Position numbers and translations under genes: made by a program | Notes under the pieces: model-generated | What the model was told of the DNA's origin: nothing | The model's database searches: none | The model's input: the letters and a program-made list of their open reading frames with translations, nothing else | Part shown: in pieces, positions 24,301-36,954 of the stretch | How the letters are laid out: each line of letters begins with the position of its first letter | Position numbering within the stretch: position 1 is the first letter of the stretch | NCBI GenBank assembly: GCA_000934665.2 | Contig: KZ538636.1 | Span: 1-57,155 of the forward strand | Direction: 5' to 3' | DNA from: Catajapyx aquilonaris | Lineage: Eukaryota | Length of the DNA: 57,155 nucleotides

Positions 24301-26349
24301 GAAAAGGGGGAGGGGGGGGGATGGAATGCAGCTTTTGCCTATTTTGATTTCCGATTACCAGTTGGACAAGTTGGCTACATTCCTACTGTATATAATATGC
24401 ATGTTTTTTAAAGCTTCAACTTGGGATTAGGAGTGCACTGTTATGTATAGTCATCTACTGTCATGATGAACGTAAAGCAAAATTTATGTAACAATATTCG
24501 AGCATAATATGTGGCTTTCATAAAGCGGAATCAATAAAAGAGTAATGGGTGCTCCTTATGTGGGGGGGGGGGGGAATCTATAATATTGCATGTGCCGCAG
24601 GTGTCAGTGATATGAAGGTGTGACGAAGAGTATGAAATAAAAAAATAGCTCAGACCCTAACAAGTCTGTGTGTATGACTGTGTGTGTTCTATGCTGGGGT
24701 AAACAATCCATACCTTATCACCATGTGGACTTTGGAGTGCTTCACATAGTCTAATTATAAAATCTTTGTGCACTACAGTACTATCTTCTGCATCTCAGTT
24801 TTGTGCAGTCTAATGACGATTATTGAGGCATGAACTGCAATAATCTTTTTTGTTGGGAACATTCATACCCTCAGCTCCTCAGTACGAGGGCGATGTCGCA
24901 ACTTGGGTACACAAATTCAGACGCAAAGCCGTCACATACGATCCAAAAGTTAGCAACCTAACCGACATCACGTTAGCTTGCGGCAGCCCCGATTATCCTG
25001 ATTCTCTTCTTAGAAACTCAAACACCCAAGTCATTGTCGACTGATGAAAAGCTAACAGGACCTGTAGAATTTCTGGCTAAGTTTGACTCACGCTGCAAAA
25101 CCCCTCTCTCCCTATGCACTCTTCAATATCTCATCCGTACAGGAGCCGTGACGCCCTCTTCTTTAATTACCCCCAAACTTAATCAAAACTTTAATTAGGA
25201 ACAAATGAAACCATGACCACTCTGTAATAACCTCGGAAGCTTCACTGCTAGTTATGGCTTGGAAACGCGTATACCTAACCTGATAACCTGAAAGGTGTAA
25301 TTCTTCTATATAATATATAAAAAAATTCCTCAGGCTGAAAGTTGGTACAAAGTTGCCTTGATTGAAAGACTGGAGTGGTAGTGCAATCCGTCGGAGTTGT
25401 CTGGCTGTTGAGGCGAAGGAGGAGCAGAATGTTGAGACAGGGAGGAGGTGGTGGGGCACATGGGGCGATGTGGCTTGCAGGCCCAAATGACGCTTTCGCA
25501 GAAGGAACACGAGGGGGCTCTGGGGCGCCGGAACTTTGAGAGCTCCAGGGGCACCTCCCCACCAGTTCCTCCCCCCCAGCAGCGCCATTCCCCTCTTTTG
25601 CTAAGAGTGGATTCCCTCGTCGCCGGCACTACTTCAGTGCTTCCTGTGGCCACCCCCTAGCCTGCTGTACCCCCGGATTTTCTCCGCTGGGATATACGGA
25701 CTTTGCTTTCGCCAGCCTTCCTCCCTAATTAATTAAGGTTCCCAGTGCTTGGAGTTGCTCCATACTGGTCCGAATCAATTTACATCGGAGCTTTCTTTCT
25801 TTTTTGTAAGGGTAAACGGCATCTTGAGTGAGGAATGGGGGGTGAAGTTATGTCCTCTTTGTAACGTCATTCTCGGTTGCAGATGGCTTGAAGCCGAATG
25901 TGAAGAAGTTGGACCCAAAGTCGAGGAGGCATGTGACCACTTGCTTCTGGCCCACCAGTTGGCACATTCCTCGTTTGCCAAAGTTTGAGGACTATCTCGG
26001 TTAATGGGGATAAATAATCCGACGTATTCGCTGCTCAGTTTAGTGAGAAATTATGTTATGTCACTTACTGTTGTACACGACTGTAGGCATTTGAACGAAG
26101 AGCCACGTTGAATTCAGTTTTCTTTCGCAGTATAATTGCAAAGTCGACATTGGACTACAACTGGCGATTTAAAAATTACCATGTCATGCATTGCGCTGAG
26201 TTGGTCGTGGGCCACATAGTGTCGCAGTTAATCAGGACTAAAATTGAAGGCCCGCCAAGTTTACAGAGTGCACGTATCAACCTTGGTTTCTGTCACATGA
26301 TCATATACTACTGTACTTTTAGTGCCTAATCATAATTTGTCTACTTTTA

Positions 26350-26570
26350 GGGTGGCACGAGGGTTTAGTATTTAGTTAGCATCTACGAGGTTCCGAGATG
26401 GGACAGAAGAATTTCTCATGTGGGACGAGTTTCGATGGGTTCTTGTCTTGCTCGCGTGAGTTCTGTCGGGGTTCCGATGTTTCCTACCACAACCAAAATC
26501 CATAACGGCGAAGTTAATGTATATCATTTAAAATGACAAAGAGGATCCCCTGAAAGGCCTAAAAAGCCAT
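26350..26570 (+). mobile_element. diverged copy of the V-domain-like SINE (family C)
   Basis: gagtttcgatgggttct...tcgcgtgagtt...tttcctaccacaaccaaaatc and aaagaggatcccctgaaaggcc align with the reverse complement of the 49451-49727 element. Confidence 0.7.
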
Positions 26571-29500
26571 TTAAACAAAAAATACTGTACTTTTATCCCC
26601 AATATTTAAAAAAAGGCCAAACCAAAAGTCCATAATCATTATGCATTTATGTCTACCACAGGAACCTCCAACTAAATATCATTTGTTTGCGGAAATTACT
26701 ACTGCAATTAATTGTACTTATGACAGGCGATCAATTAGAGCAGTGGGATGTGTGTGAGTATCACAGCTACACATTGTTATAATATATTATGCACAATATG
26801 TTGTGGTAAACTCTGTCGTAACTATAAGTGGGTCAACGCAAGTGTCGTTACCTTCATGTTAATTTAAGACTGTTCTCCCCTTTCTCCCTGTGTTCTCTAA
26901 ATGCTGTCATCAGTGACATTATACTGCACAAACAACAGTCACGTCAGGAAGAGACAAGATTGCGCAAATTTAAGCAGCTTTCACAACTTCCTATAATCTG
27001 GTATGGCCCAAGGTATACACAAATAATTACAGCAAACATCAAAGGTATATTGTTTTTCCGCTCGTAGTCACGACATAACCTTCACAAGTTTAGCAACAAA
27101 AAAAAAAGTCCAGCACGTCCAAGAGAAAAAAATATCAAGTCCTAACATAATGCTGACAGCCCATATTTACCACGTCCCGTAACAACGCAAACTTTCTGCT
27201 CTAGGCAAGTGCCAGGTACAGTAACTGTATCAAATGAGCATTAACAAATCGTTCGGAAAGCACGTCTCGTGACTGCAAAAAAATATATATAATTCAGGTG
27301 CAAAGCTTCTACGCGGTTTATTACCCGTGGAACCAATGTCACCCACCATTCGGGTTGTGTCTGCACTGTCGGAAAAGAAAACAGTGGTAGTTTGCTGGAA
27401 AAGTTGGAATTTGAAGCTTATTTGCACTTGGCTCTTTCCCGTCACGCATCCGATAGTGATCTTGTGCAGCTGTGCTCTTCAGTCTGTATCTCAGCAATCA
27501 CGAGCGGACCGCAACAAATAATACGGCCTAACTTCTGCTTTTCGTCACATTCGCACGCCATTAGTGCCTGGGAAGTTGAGGCGCATAAAACAGTGCAATG
27601 TCAGTTAGCCTGCCATGTGTCTCTTCGAGGGTACATATCGTATTGAAATGCAGGAATAAGGTTAGAAGCAAAGCAGCGCATTTTTTCATAATAAACCGAG
27701 CAATATTTTGAGAGATACATATTTTCTAGATATTTTAAAATTTCCGTCGTCAAAAAAGTTGGCACTTATCAAATAACAATGAGTGACTGGTGATGCATAT
27801 TGGGCACGTACTGTATTGTCTTGAGGTGCAAGCTAAATTGTGCATCAAGATGGTCGCATAAAATATTGAATTTTGCATATAGGATTTATTAGTTACCATC
27901 AGAAATCATGTACAGTAGTTTGAATTTTCTTATACTGTAGGCATGTCACATCAAAGAAGGAGGCATATATGCAGCAGGGAAACCACCCATCTGTTTTTTG
28001 TTACCATTTGTACACACAACATCGTAATTTTCCGGCCTCTGACAAAATACAATACATAATTCTGCGAGTTCAGGCATAAAAGCTAACGTTGCAAAAATAA
28101 TGTCCCACACATTCAAACCTAGTTGCATCCCTTCATGTAAACCTTGCACCGAGGCTAATGTCCATCTACATATATAGGACTTACTTAATGGCGGTTCGTT
28201 ACACACAGGCACGCAGATGGCTTTAATTCGTTGCACTGCATAGGATTGTTCCGGATGGAAAAATCGTCCCCTTTTCAAAATCCGACCCCCAATGTTCCAA
28301 ACAGCAGTCAAAACATGCCGTCTCTCGCAACAATCTTGCCACCTGCCAAGTCATCCGCCATTAATTAAGGATCGGGCCCTGGAAAGCCATCAGCATATAT
28401 AGCTCGGCCTGACAATTATACCTTTCATTCCACGCAATAACTGAAGGGTCGCACGACTTGTTCAGCGTCAAAATCGCCGGTTTTATTTCCGTGCCCGGGG
28501 TGAAGCGGCTACCAATTTTAGTCGCGTTTATTATTAAGCGGCCCGCACTTACAGTATTTTTACCCCCGCCTGTACTTGGGGGATTGACGGGGGCCAGGTG
28601 GCCTCGGGGTTTCACCTCTACCCTCACAACTCCCCTTTACCCCTGCCAATTTGCCAGAAGGTTTACTTGGATTTAGCTTCCACTCCCTGAACGCGATGTG
28701 TGAGTCGTTTGTCATCACCTCTCGCTAGTTGTCTCAAAAACTTTTACACTTCCTTCCACCCCACCCGCCACTTTCCTTGTTTTTCTAAAAAAAACAAAAA
28801 CACACACACACAATGGAAGGGTTTCCTTCAATAACGTTATAAGTTCCCAAGTTGTAAAGAGCGAGAAAAATATATTTGCAGGGCTACATGGCAGCAGAGC
28901 AGTCGTTTTATTTGATCTGGAACTAACAAGTAGAAGTAATAGTAAGTTTATGTTACAACTTCACTAGTGCAGTAACGTCATATTATTATTGGTTCTGAAA
29001 TTGGGGATTTATAGGTCCGGTTGTGTGATCGATGGTAAACCCACGAGAGCCATTTTCAACCTCCTGTAGCTTTGTGACAAATGAATTAATCCTCGAGCTT
29101 CATATGTCAAAATGTAGTGTTTGGGCCAAGCCTCAAAATGTACATTTCAATATTATAATTTCTCTACGCCCTCGTAAATTATTGAGTAAAGAGAAAATTT
29201 TTAATATCATAGTAGCCACACATAATTGCACATTTCGATTGCTTAACAGATTTACATCAGCTGTTTCTTGGACAATATCACTCCTGACTCCATGGTATGA
29301 ATCTCGCAGACCCTTCCAAAACAGCAAGGCTGGCAGCAATCGTGAGTCTAGAATGCGGGCTAGAACGTGCGTGTAAAAGTATTGCAGCTATGTGAGAGGT
29401 GGGTAGGTAAGGGCCCCCATCTGCTGTTCTTCCGTGTTTTGGGATCGGACGCCTGGTGTATCTCACGGGCCAAAAGGAAAACCTGGCTCTGACTCTCGCC

Positions 29501-29887
29501 ACGCTCGACAGGAACCAGGTTTTCATACCTCAGCTTCCTCCGAGGAACACTTTACGCCACCCGGATAGGATACGAAACGGTCCAAACACCCTCCTCCGTC
29601 TCATTCTATCACTCACACTTGCAACTTTCACGCGCTCCTCTCGCTATTCAGATACTACTGTATATAATAGTTATATACGGTAATTTGTGTCAGGATATTA
29701 AGCCTTTTATGAGGTTTACTCCTATTTGACGTAACTTTACTAATATCAGTGACCCTATTTTAATGGTGACACTTTGTGATTGCAATGGAATGTCAGGTTG
29801 CATGTTTGGGTTTTTAGTAATGAAAATGTTGTAATAATGTTGATAATGTTCTTTCCATGGCCCAATGGTGTTACACTACTGTCATTC

Positions 29888-30182
29888 CACCGAAGCAGTA
29901 GTGGTGGAGTGGATATGGTGTCCGCCTGCTAATCGGGAGGTCCTGGGTTCGAATCCCGGGGCCGGCGACTCTGACCGTGGTTTTCTGTGGTTTCCCACGG
30001 TCCTTCCAGGAAAATTCCGGAGTTGCTTCCGTAATTAATAGGCCACAGCCGCTTCTTTCCGTCCCTATCCTATCCCAAAAAGCGCAGTAAAATGAAAAGC
30101 AAAGAGTTCCAGGCAAAACAAACTTCCCCCCTAAAGAGCCGAAAAAGGCTGATAACGGGGTATGGATTATAATATTACTGTA
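29888..30182 (+). mobile_element. tRNA-derived SINE, family A, tail type 2
   Basis: Collinear with the 12183 copy over its full length; 17-bp TSD with 2 mismatches (ttacactactgtcattc 29871-29887, ttatactattgtcattc 30183-30199). Confidence 0.93.
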
Positions 30183-32987
30183 TTATACTATTGTCATTCT
30201 AAGGATCATGTCTTCTATACATGCTGTACCGTTCAATGTTGCTTAAAATGCTCATTCAATAGGTCTACACATTTATTTGTTATTTATAGTGAAATATTAT
30301 TATTCATCTGTATAAACTACCATATCCATATCTGCAATTTACCACAGCACCATGCAATGTAAGTTATGTTACATGGGTACTTGTAAGATCAGAATCAGGT
30401 GCGTTCTCGGCATGCGATGGACCAATTGAGTCTTACGTTTCTAAGAGGACCGTGGTAAACGGGATTCATATGCTTAACACAGAGACAGGTTTTTGCTACC
30501 CCGATCAGTAGAAACCGGAAGGGAAGCGCATTCGTGAAAATGAGGCTTAAGTAAGTATTCTTAAGTATTAGGGTAACAGGTGCCATAGAAGTGGTGGTAA
30601 AGACTAAGCACGGACTAAGCGTACAGTGAAACAGATACCGGTATGTAAACTTGTGGTCAGGTCACTGGTCGCTATAGGGATGTCTTGCCATTAAAATTGC
30701 CTGGATTAAATACATAATTTGAATTTATAAAGAAGTATTGCTGCAAGTTAGTTGATGGCCTTCATAATTAGGCTAGTTGTATTAATTGGAAACATTTTCC
30801 TCAGGTACCAAATAATTAATTAATATATTAAAATGTGAAATTTATATAAAAGAAAAATAATTATGTGCTGCGATAGTCTGACATATAGCTATGTATTTCT
30901 TACAAACTTCTCTGCTTCAGCAGCGATTTGTCTTCACTCTACAGAGTACCTGACGTAGTCTAGCTCCCCTTAATTGTCTCGTAAGAACGTTATCCGTCCC
31001 GTAAACCGCAGTTTATGTTGTGATAACCACGGAAGACATTCGGTTCAAATCCTGATTTACTGCATTGACAAGCAGTCATAAATCCTGGCGTATATAGGAA
31101 TGCACTGTATTTGTTTGGGAGCTTCCCAGCCGAATAATCTGGAGCAGGGAAATCGGTTGTCCCTAGTGGACAGAAGCCTTGATGAAACCTCCAAGGGGGT
31201 GGAGGGAGAAGGGAGAGGAGGGGAGAAGGAGAGAACAACAAAACCTTCTGACTTGCTGAGGGTAAATGGTCTGAAAGTAATTTAACAATTTGTTAGGAAG
31301 TGAAGTTTCGCACAAGTTTGAAGGGACGAGAAATAACGTCTTAACCAGCGATCGATGTCGGGAAATATATGCCGAAGGATGTTTGCATTAAACCTGTCAG
31401 CCGCAGATCACAAGTACGTAAAACATGTTAAGCGTCGGCAGCCATAAATATTGATTTAAATTTGGTCTGATTAACAATACCCAAGCAGTAGTTATTGTTG
31501 CCCTCATTTCACCCTAGCTGTATGGCAAAAAATAGCCTCAGGTTGGCGAGTCCCTGTTAAAAATTAAAAATTAAAAAAATATAAATACGTCCTAACAGGA
31601 TGTCTCTTGTTGTTATGCAGCGGCGGTTTGGCACGACCCAAAAGCAGTGGACAACACAGAGCTGTCGTCAATTTTTTTTTTTTTTTTGGTAAGTGGGCAT
31701 CTGACCGACAAATAGCAGAGGGAGTGTGTTTGACTGGTTGCACACAGTGTGAAGGCGCAGCGGACCACGTGCCTATATTCGCCCTCTTCGGCAACAAACA
31801 AACAAACAAACAAACGTCCGATGAGTGATTGGCACGGAAGGTCACCCAGTGCACCGGGGTTTGCCCTCGGGTACATTGCAAATTGCAGGGATTTTTTTAA
31901 ATGCACCTGCCGATGATGTGATGTCCTCTGAAATCTGGTGGTCACGACAGCCGCTGGGGTCGTCATCGTGCTATCGACGCTTTTTGGAATCAGCGCGATA
32001 ATGGATATCGCGTATGACGTGGATCATGGATGGGTCCGAATAGGTATTTTATCACCCCTTTCAGCTACTATACCAAGCCATTGATTTCATTCGCTGCATA
32101 ATACGCGCAGTATTGTACGTAATAAGTTCACATCTGCACGTATTCCCAAACGTCGCTTTTTAATCATCATTGGAGGTTCACACTTGCCAGTCTGTGTCAA
32201 ATATACCTGAATATGTGCTGGATATGGCAATGCATATACAAATGAGTCATGATGTGGTGTCATGAGAGAATACAAGGTTCCAGTTACGTTGGGCAAGTTT
32301 TGACCACATGTGTCATACTGGCCATATTGTAAGGTAACGTCACGTGCTGTTGGAGCGCCTGATATATTTATCAGTTCAAATGACGAGTTTAATTGGTTAT
32401 ATTTTTTGTGCTAATGGTTCCATACATTCTAGATAGTGGAGAAAACAGCTCAGGTCGACATGTAGGTGAAAATTTTAGTGGTTCACGTTGGCGTCTTGGA
32501 TGTGCATGCAGTCTACAGCTCAAGATATTCCAGTTGCTAAGGTAAAAGAAATGAGGAGTCCCCTCTCCACCATTTGTGTTGTCATACGAACTTCACTATT
32601 TAACATACCGGAATTACCTATAGTTCTTCACTGTGTAATCTACCGGTCATCGCTTTGACCAAGCGTTCGTCCCTTTTTTGTGTCTGTAAATGTCAAACCC
32701 TCTTATGTTTGGATGCACAGTTTGATTCCTTCTTTTTATATACGTATATATTGTGGTTGTGGTGCCAACCTCTTCCTTTACTCCTCCTTCTCCTTCTCCT
32801 CCTCCTCCTCCACCTCTTCCTCTAGCTGCTGGAGAGAAGCTGGGCCAGACTGAGCCGGCCTCGCGTCTGCCTCTGACACGGCAATTTAGCGCCGGAACAG
32901 GACGAGGGTTTGCCGTCACTCGCACGCCAGCCCCTAGGGAGGGACGGGGAGGAGGGGGTGGCTGACTGGCTGGCTGGGCGGGGGGGG

Positions 32988-33089
32988 NNNNNNNNNNNNN
33001 NNNNNNNNNNNNNNNNNNNNNNNNNNNNNNNNNNNNNNNNNNNNNNNNNNNNNNNNNNNNNNNNNNNNNNNNNNNNNNNNNNNNNNNNN
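32988..33089. other. assembly gap flanked by poly-G
   Basis: N run. Confidence 0.99.
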
Positions 33090-33779
33090 GGGGGGGGGCT
33101 TAGGTGGGTCATTCAATGTATCCGGGCCTGTGTTTGGCAATGAATGAGTGATTCGCTTGTATACTGTAGGAGGGTGCATCGTTTCTTATGGAATTACTTA
33201 CCCAATGAGGGTTTCAAACGCGCTTGTTACAAGGTACTAGGAACTAGGGGATTGGGGAGCGTGTGCTGATAGTATCGGGTGATGTAACAGAAAGGCGAAT
33301 TAGGTATAGTGCGTGACCTAACTGCGGTTGTCTTTTTTTATTCTTCTTCTACTTTGAATTGCAAATTGTGACACCTGTTTTGCTCAAAGACAGCAGGACA
33401 AACTGGCAACTGTGAAAATATATACTGGACATTGCGCATGCTAAGGATACTAATAATGGCCACTCTTTAAGCATTAGGCTACTGAATGTGTCCTGTTGAT
33501 TTCGATTTTCATATTTCCCTTATGACAGTACGTATAATCCAACAAAAAAATATACGCATATATATACAGATATTTCCGAGCTATACGTTGCAAAATAAGG
33601 TCGGAAACCAATTGCATAACTGAATTTAAGGCATACACTTATTTTCCGCATTAAAATTCTGGTAAAAAATGAATCGCAGTTTTCGATTTACTCTACCAGC
33701 AAGTGGCATAGAACAAGGTCGGGTACAGGTTACGTCTAAAGTTACTGTATCTTTGGAGTATGCAAGACGCGTTTTATAA

Positions 33780-34020
33780 GCAATGGAATAATGCTGGAAG
33801 CTGCTGAAAATAGCTGGCTTATCACTATTATTGTAGCAGTTGGTAGATATTGAACAACTTCTAATATCTCTATCGGCAACAAAGAGTAAGTTGCAGCGTA
33901 AGTAATAGTAATTCTGCCTTGGAGAAAAGTGTGGATTGTCCTCAAAAAAGTTAGGTCGTCCATTTTAGTTGGAGCCCCTCAAAGCCAAATAAATTTGTAG
34001 ACGAAACTGTCAAATTGTCA
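33780..34020 (-). mobile_element. possible decayed LINE reverse-transcriptase fragment
   Basis: FDS... followed by LRTIHTFLQGRITITY...SLLPIEILEVVQ...VISQLF resembles the RT segment AFDxV...xIxSFLxxRxxxV...SxxxxIxxGVPQGSVxSPxLF; frameshifted and degenerate. Confidence 0.3.
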
Positions 34021-34132
34021 TGTACAATGTGAGTGAAGTCAAACTAAACTGGTTTCCCTCCCCACAACATTGCCTTCCTTATCATATATTATTAGCAAAA
34101 TATGCTGTGCTGTCACTGCTGTGTGCAATATG

Positions 34133-34362
34133 ACCGAAGCAGGTTGGCATAGTGGATAAGGCGTCCGACTGCTAATCGGGAGGTCCTGGGTTCGAATCCC
34201 GGGGCCGGCAACCTTGACGTGGTTTTCTGTGGTTTTCCACGGTCTTTCTAGGATAATTCCGGGGTCGCTTCCGTATAATAGGCCACAGCCGCTTCCTTCC
34301 TTCCCTATCCTTGGAGGTTGAATGGCAAATGCTGGGCCAACCTCCTTAAATATCAATTAAAA
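34133..34362 (+). mobile_element. tRNA-derived SINE, family A, tail type 3
   Basis: A box TGGCATAGTGG, B box GGTTCGAATCCC, family A body, distinct 3' stem-loop GGAGGTTG...CAACCTCC; 13-bp TSD tgtgtgcaatatg at 34120-34132 and 34363-34375. Confidence 0.94.
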
Positions 34363-35126
34363 TGTGTGCAATATGGCACGTATAGCAGACGGTCTTACCA
34401 CAAAATATGCATAGATACGTAGTGTTATGTTGCACATTTCCCCTGAAAACAAAACTATATCCACAGCTTCCCTCCCAATACAGTACACAAGAATAGTCAC
34501 CTAACTCTGTATAAGTCCATCAAAAAAAAAACTCTTCTCCAAAAATGGCAATAGCTATCTGTAGTGAGCTGTCTATGTCAACATCGCGTGCACTTTTAAC
34601 TCTGCATATTCCTTTGAGTTTTCTCTGCCACAAAATACAATTTATTGTGTCACATGCAATTCTGTGAGATGAAGGGCTGTCGTGAACCTCGCTATCAGGC
34701 ACACAACTGGAAGTGAATAAATGAAAACGAGCCTATAAATCTCCCGGACTCTTCTGCCACGCACACTGCTTATCAATAGTTAAATGCTTCGAGGTTTCTT
34801 TCATGTTGACGTCGGATTTGTGTTTTTCCACTCGCCGCTTTTGTGCCGCGACCGTTTCACTTTTTTGTTGTCCTGTTCAACAGAGAACAAAGAACTCAGA
34901 GAGAAAATGTCAAGCACTGTCCGGAATTGGGAAAGCACCCACAATAGCATTATACTACGCGTGGTGGAAATATCGAGAAAATACCAATAAATAGCTGTTG
35001 GTTGGTATGATTATATAGTGTTAAATGAACATTTTTCTTTTTGATGGTTTCTTGAAGTCATGATACCAGAATGCCTATCCATGACAAGGAAATGATTAGT
35101 GCAAGATTGTATAATTTTTCTGGAAT

Positions 35127-35210
35127 ATTTATTTATTTATTTACTTAGCCCGTTCTCCGGCCGATGGGGCGTTATTGGGGGGACACAACCACCATTACAT
35201 TCACATACAT
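35127..35210 (-). mobile_element. isolated retroposon 3' tail (severely 5'-truncated insertion)
   Basis: Minus strand reads ...gtccccccaataacgccccatcggccggagaacgggctaag(taaa)n: a GC-rich stem-loop followed by a TAAA tail, in otherwise AT-rich DNA. Confidence 0.5.
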
Positions 35211-36712
35211 AATTTCATGCGTTTGCTAATGTTAGAAAAAAAAATCTTGAATATTACGTGGCGCATAAGAATGTTTGAATAATACTTTATTATATCATCT
35301 GCGAATGTAATTGCCAAATAGGGCGAAAGAAATATTTGAATATGTGTTATTTATTAGTGGAGTAGACCTATGTAAGAGGGATTTATTATGAAAGTACGTA
35401 AAATTTATTTGGATAACAATGCAGATTTAGGCAAATGTGTGCAGTGGATTTACATGGTTGTTTCCTCATCGATTGCCAATTGTAACGTTTTTCGAAGCTC
35501 TCAAATTTTTAACAGAAATGTTGCTCTTTCTGTTGTACCTTTTGTCATGTGTGAGATATCTCAAGTTTTCCTACGAATAGTATATTTATTATGGGCAGTC
35601 ATTTTATGACTGACGATGTTTCAATAGTTGAGGCATATGACATCCGAGTCATGAACGTGTGAACTGCACCTCTGCCTGAACACACATGCAGCAGACAAGT
35701 GGTTGCGTGACAGTCCAGGATGCACAGGTGGAGTTAATGAGGAAGACGGTCGTCGTGATATGGAGAGGTAGACAGCAAAAAAATAGTGGAGCTGAGTCAG
35801 CAGAGAAAAAGGGTCGGCGCCTTTAAGAGCGCGCAAAAGCGGGGGAATACGCGTCGAACTCAGCAGCGTAAATCAAGAGCGTTGCCTGCTCCTGACAAGC
35901 CCGAACACCCCTGTCACAATGCCAGATGCAGCGCACATTCAATATTCTATTAAATGCCCACTTGACCGCTCCAGTCCACCAAATAAGCGCCGTGGATTTT
36001 AATGGCAGAATACTTCAGCCTTGCGAAAATAGGCCGCCGGATTTTCGATGCCGGGCTAAGGAAATCTCCCCCATTCCCTCCTCCACATCCATCCAACCCT
36101 AACCCCCCACAACCCTACTCACCACCCCCGTCCCAACCCCATTTCAGGGCTCTGTCAATGTCAGCCAAGTTAATTTTGTGGCGATTCCGCGTCAGCCGCA
36201 GCACGCCCTTTGCTTTGCCTTTGTTTTCTGTGTCGAGTGGCATTTCTCCAAGTTCCGGACAAGGATCACCTCTTGTCGTGTCTGCTTCGACACACACGCC
36301 TCTTCCTTTCGCACTTGCCAAAAGATATGCAAATCATCCTGCACCTCAAACGATGGATAGCGCGCTCTGTTGCTTTTCAACACTGCGCCTGGTGTCCCAC
36401 AAGTTGGAAGGTGTCTAGAGACATCCACAGTACTAATAGTGGTAATAGATGCTAGATTGAATATTACACCTGTACTAGCCAGAGTGAACAACAATAGAGC
36501 TACAGGTGCTCCCAATATCCTATCGTCAACATTCAACTTGAAAGGATAGCTACTACCCAGGACATGATTAGCCCGCGCAAGCTCACAAGTCTTGTTTGTT
36601 CCTGTTTGTTTTTTGACCCCAGGAGCATCCCTTCGAAAATCGTAAGTGGACGGGACCCATTTGCAGGGTAAGCAAGAGGTATCCGGCAGGCTTAGCCCCC
36701 CCCCCCCCCCCC

Positions 36713-36954
36713 NNNNNNNNNNNNNNNNNNNNNNNNNNNNNNNNNNNNNNNNNNNNNNNNNNNNNNNNNNNNNNNNNNNNNNNNNNNNNNNNNNNNNNNN
36801 NNNNNNNNNNNNNNNNNNNNNNNNNNNNNNNNNNNNNNNNNNNNNNNNNNNNNNNNNNNNNNNNNNNNNNNNNNNNNNNNNNNNNNNNNNNNNNNNNNNN
36901 NNNNNNNNNNNNNNNNNNNNNNNNNNNNNNNNNNNNNNNNNNNNNNNNNNNNNN
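36713..36954. other. assembly gap flanked by poly-C (left) and poly-G (right)
   Basis: N run. Confidence 0.99.
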
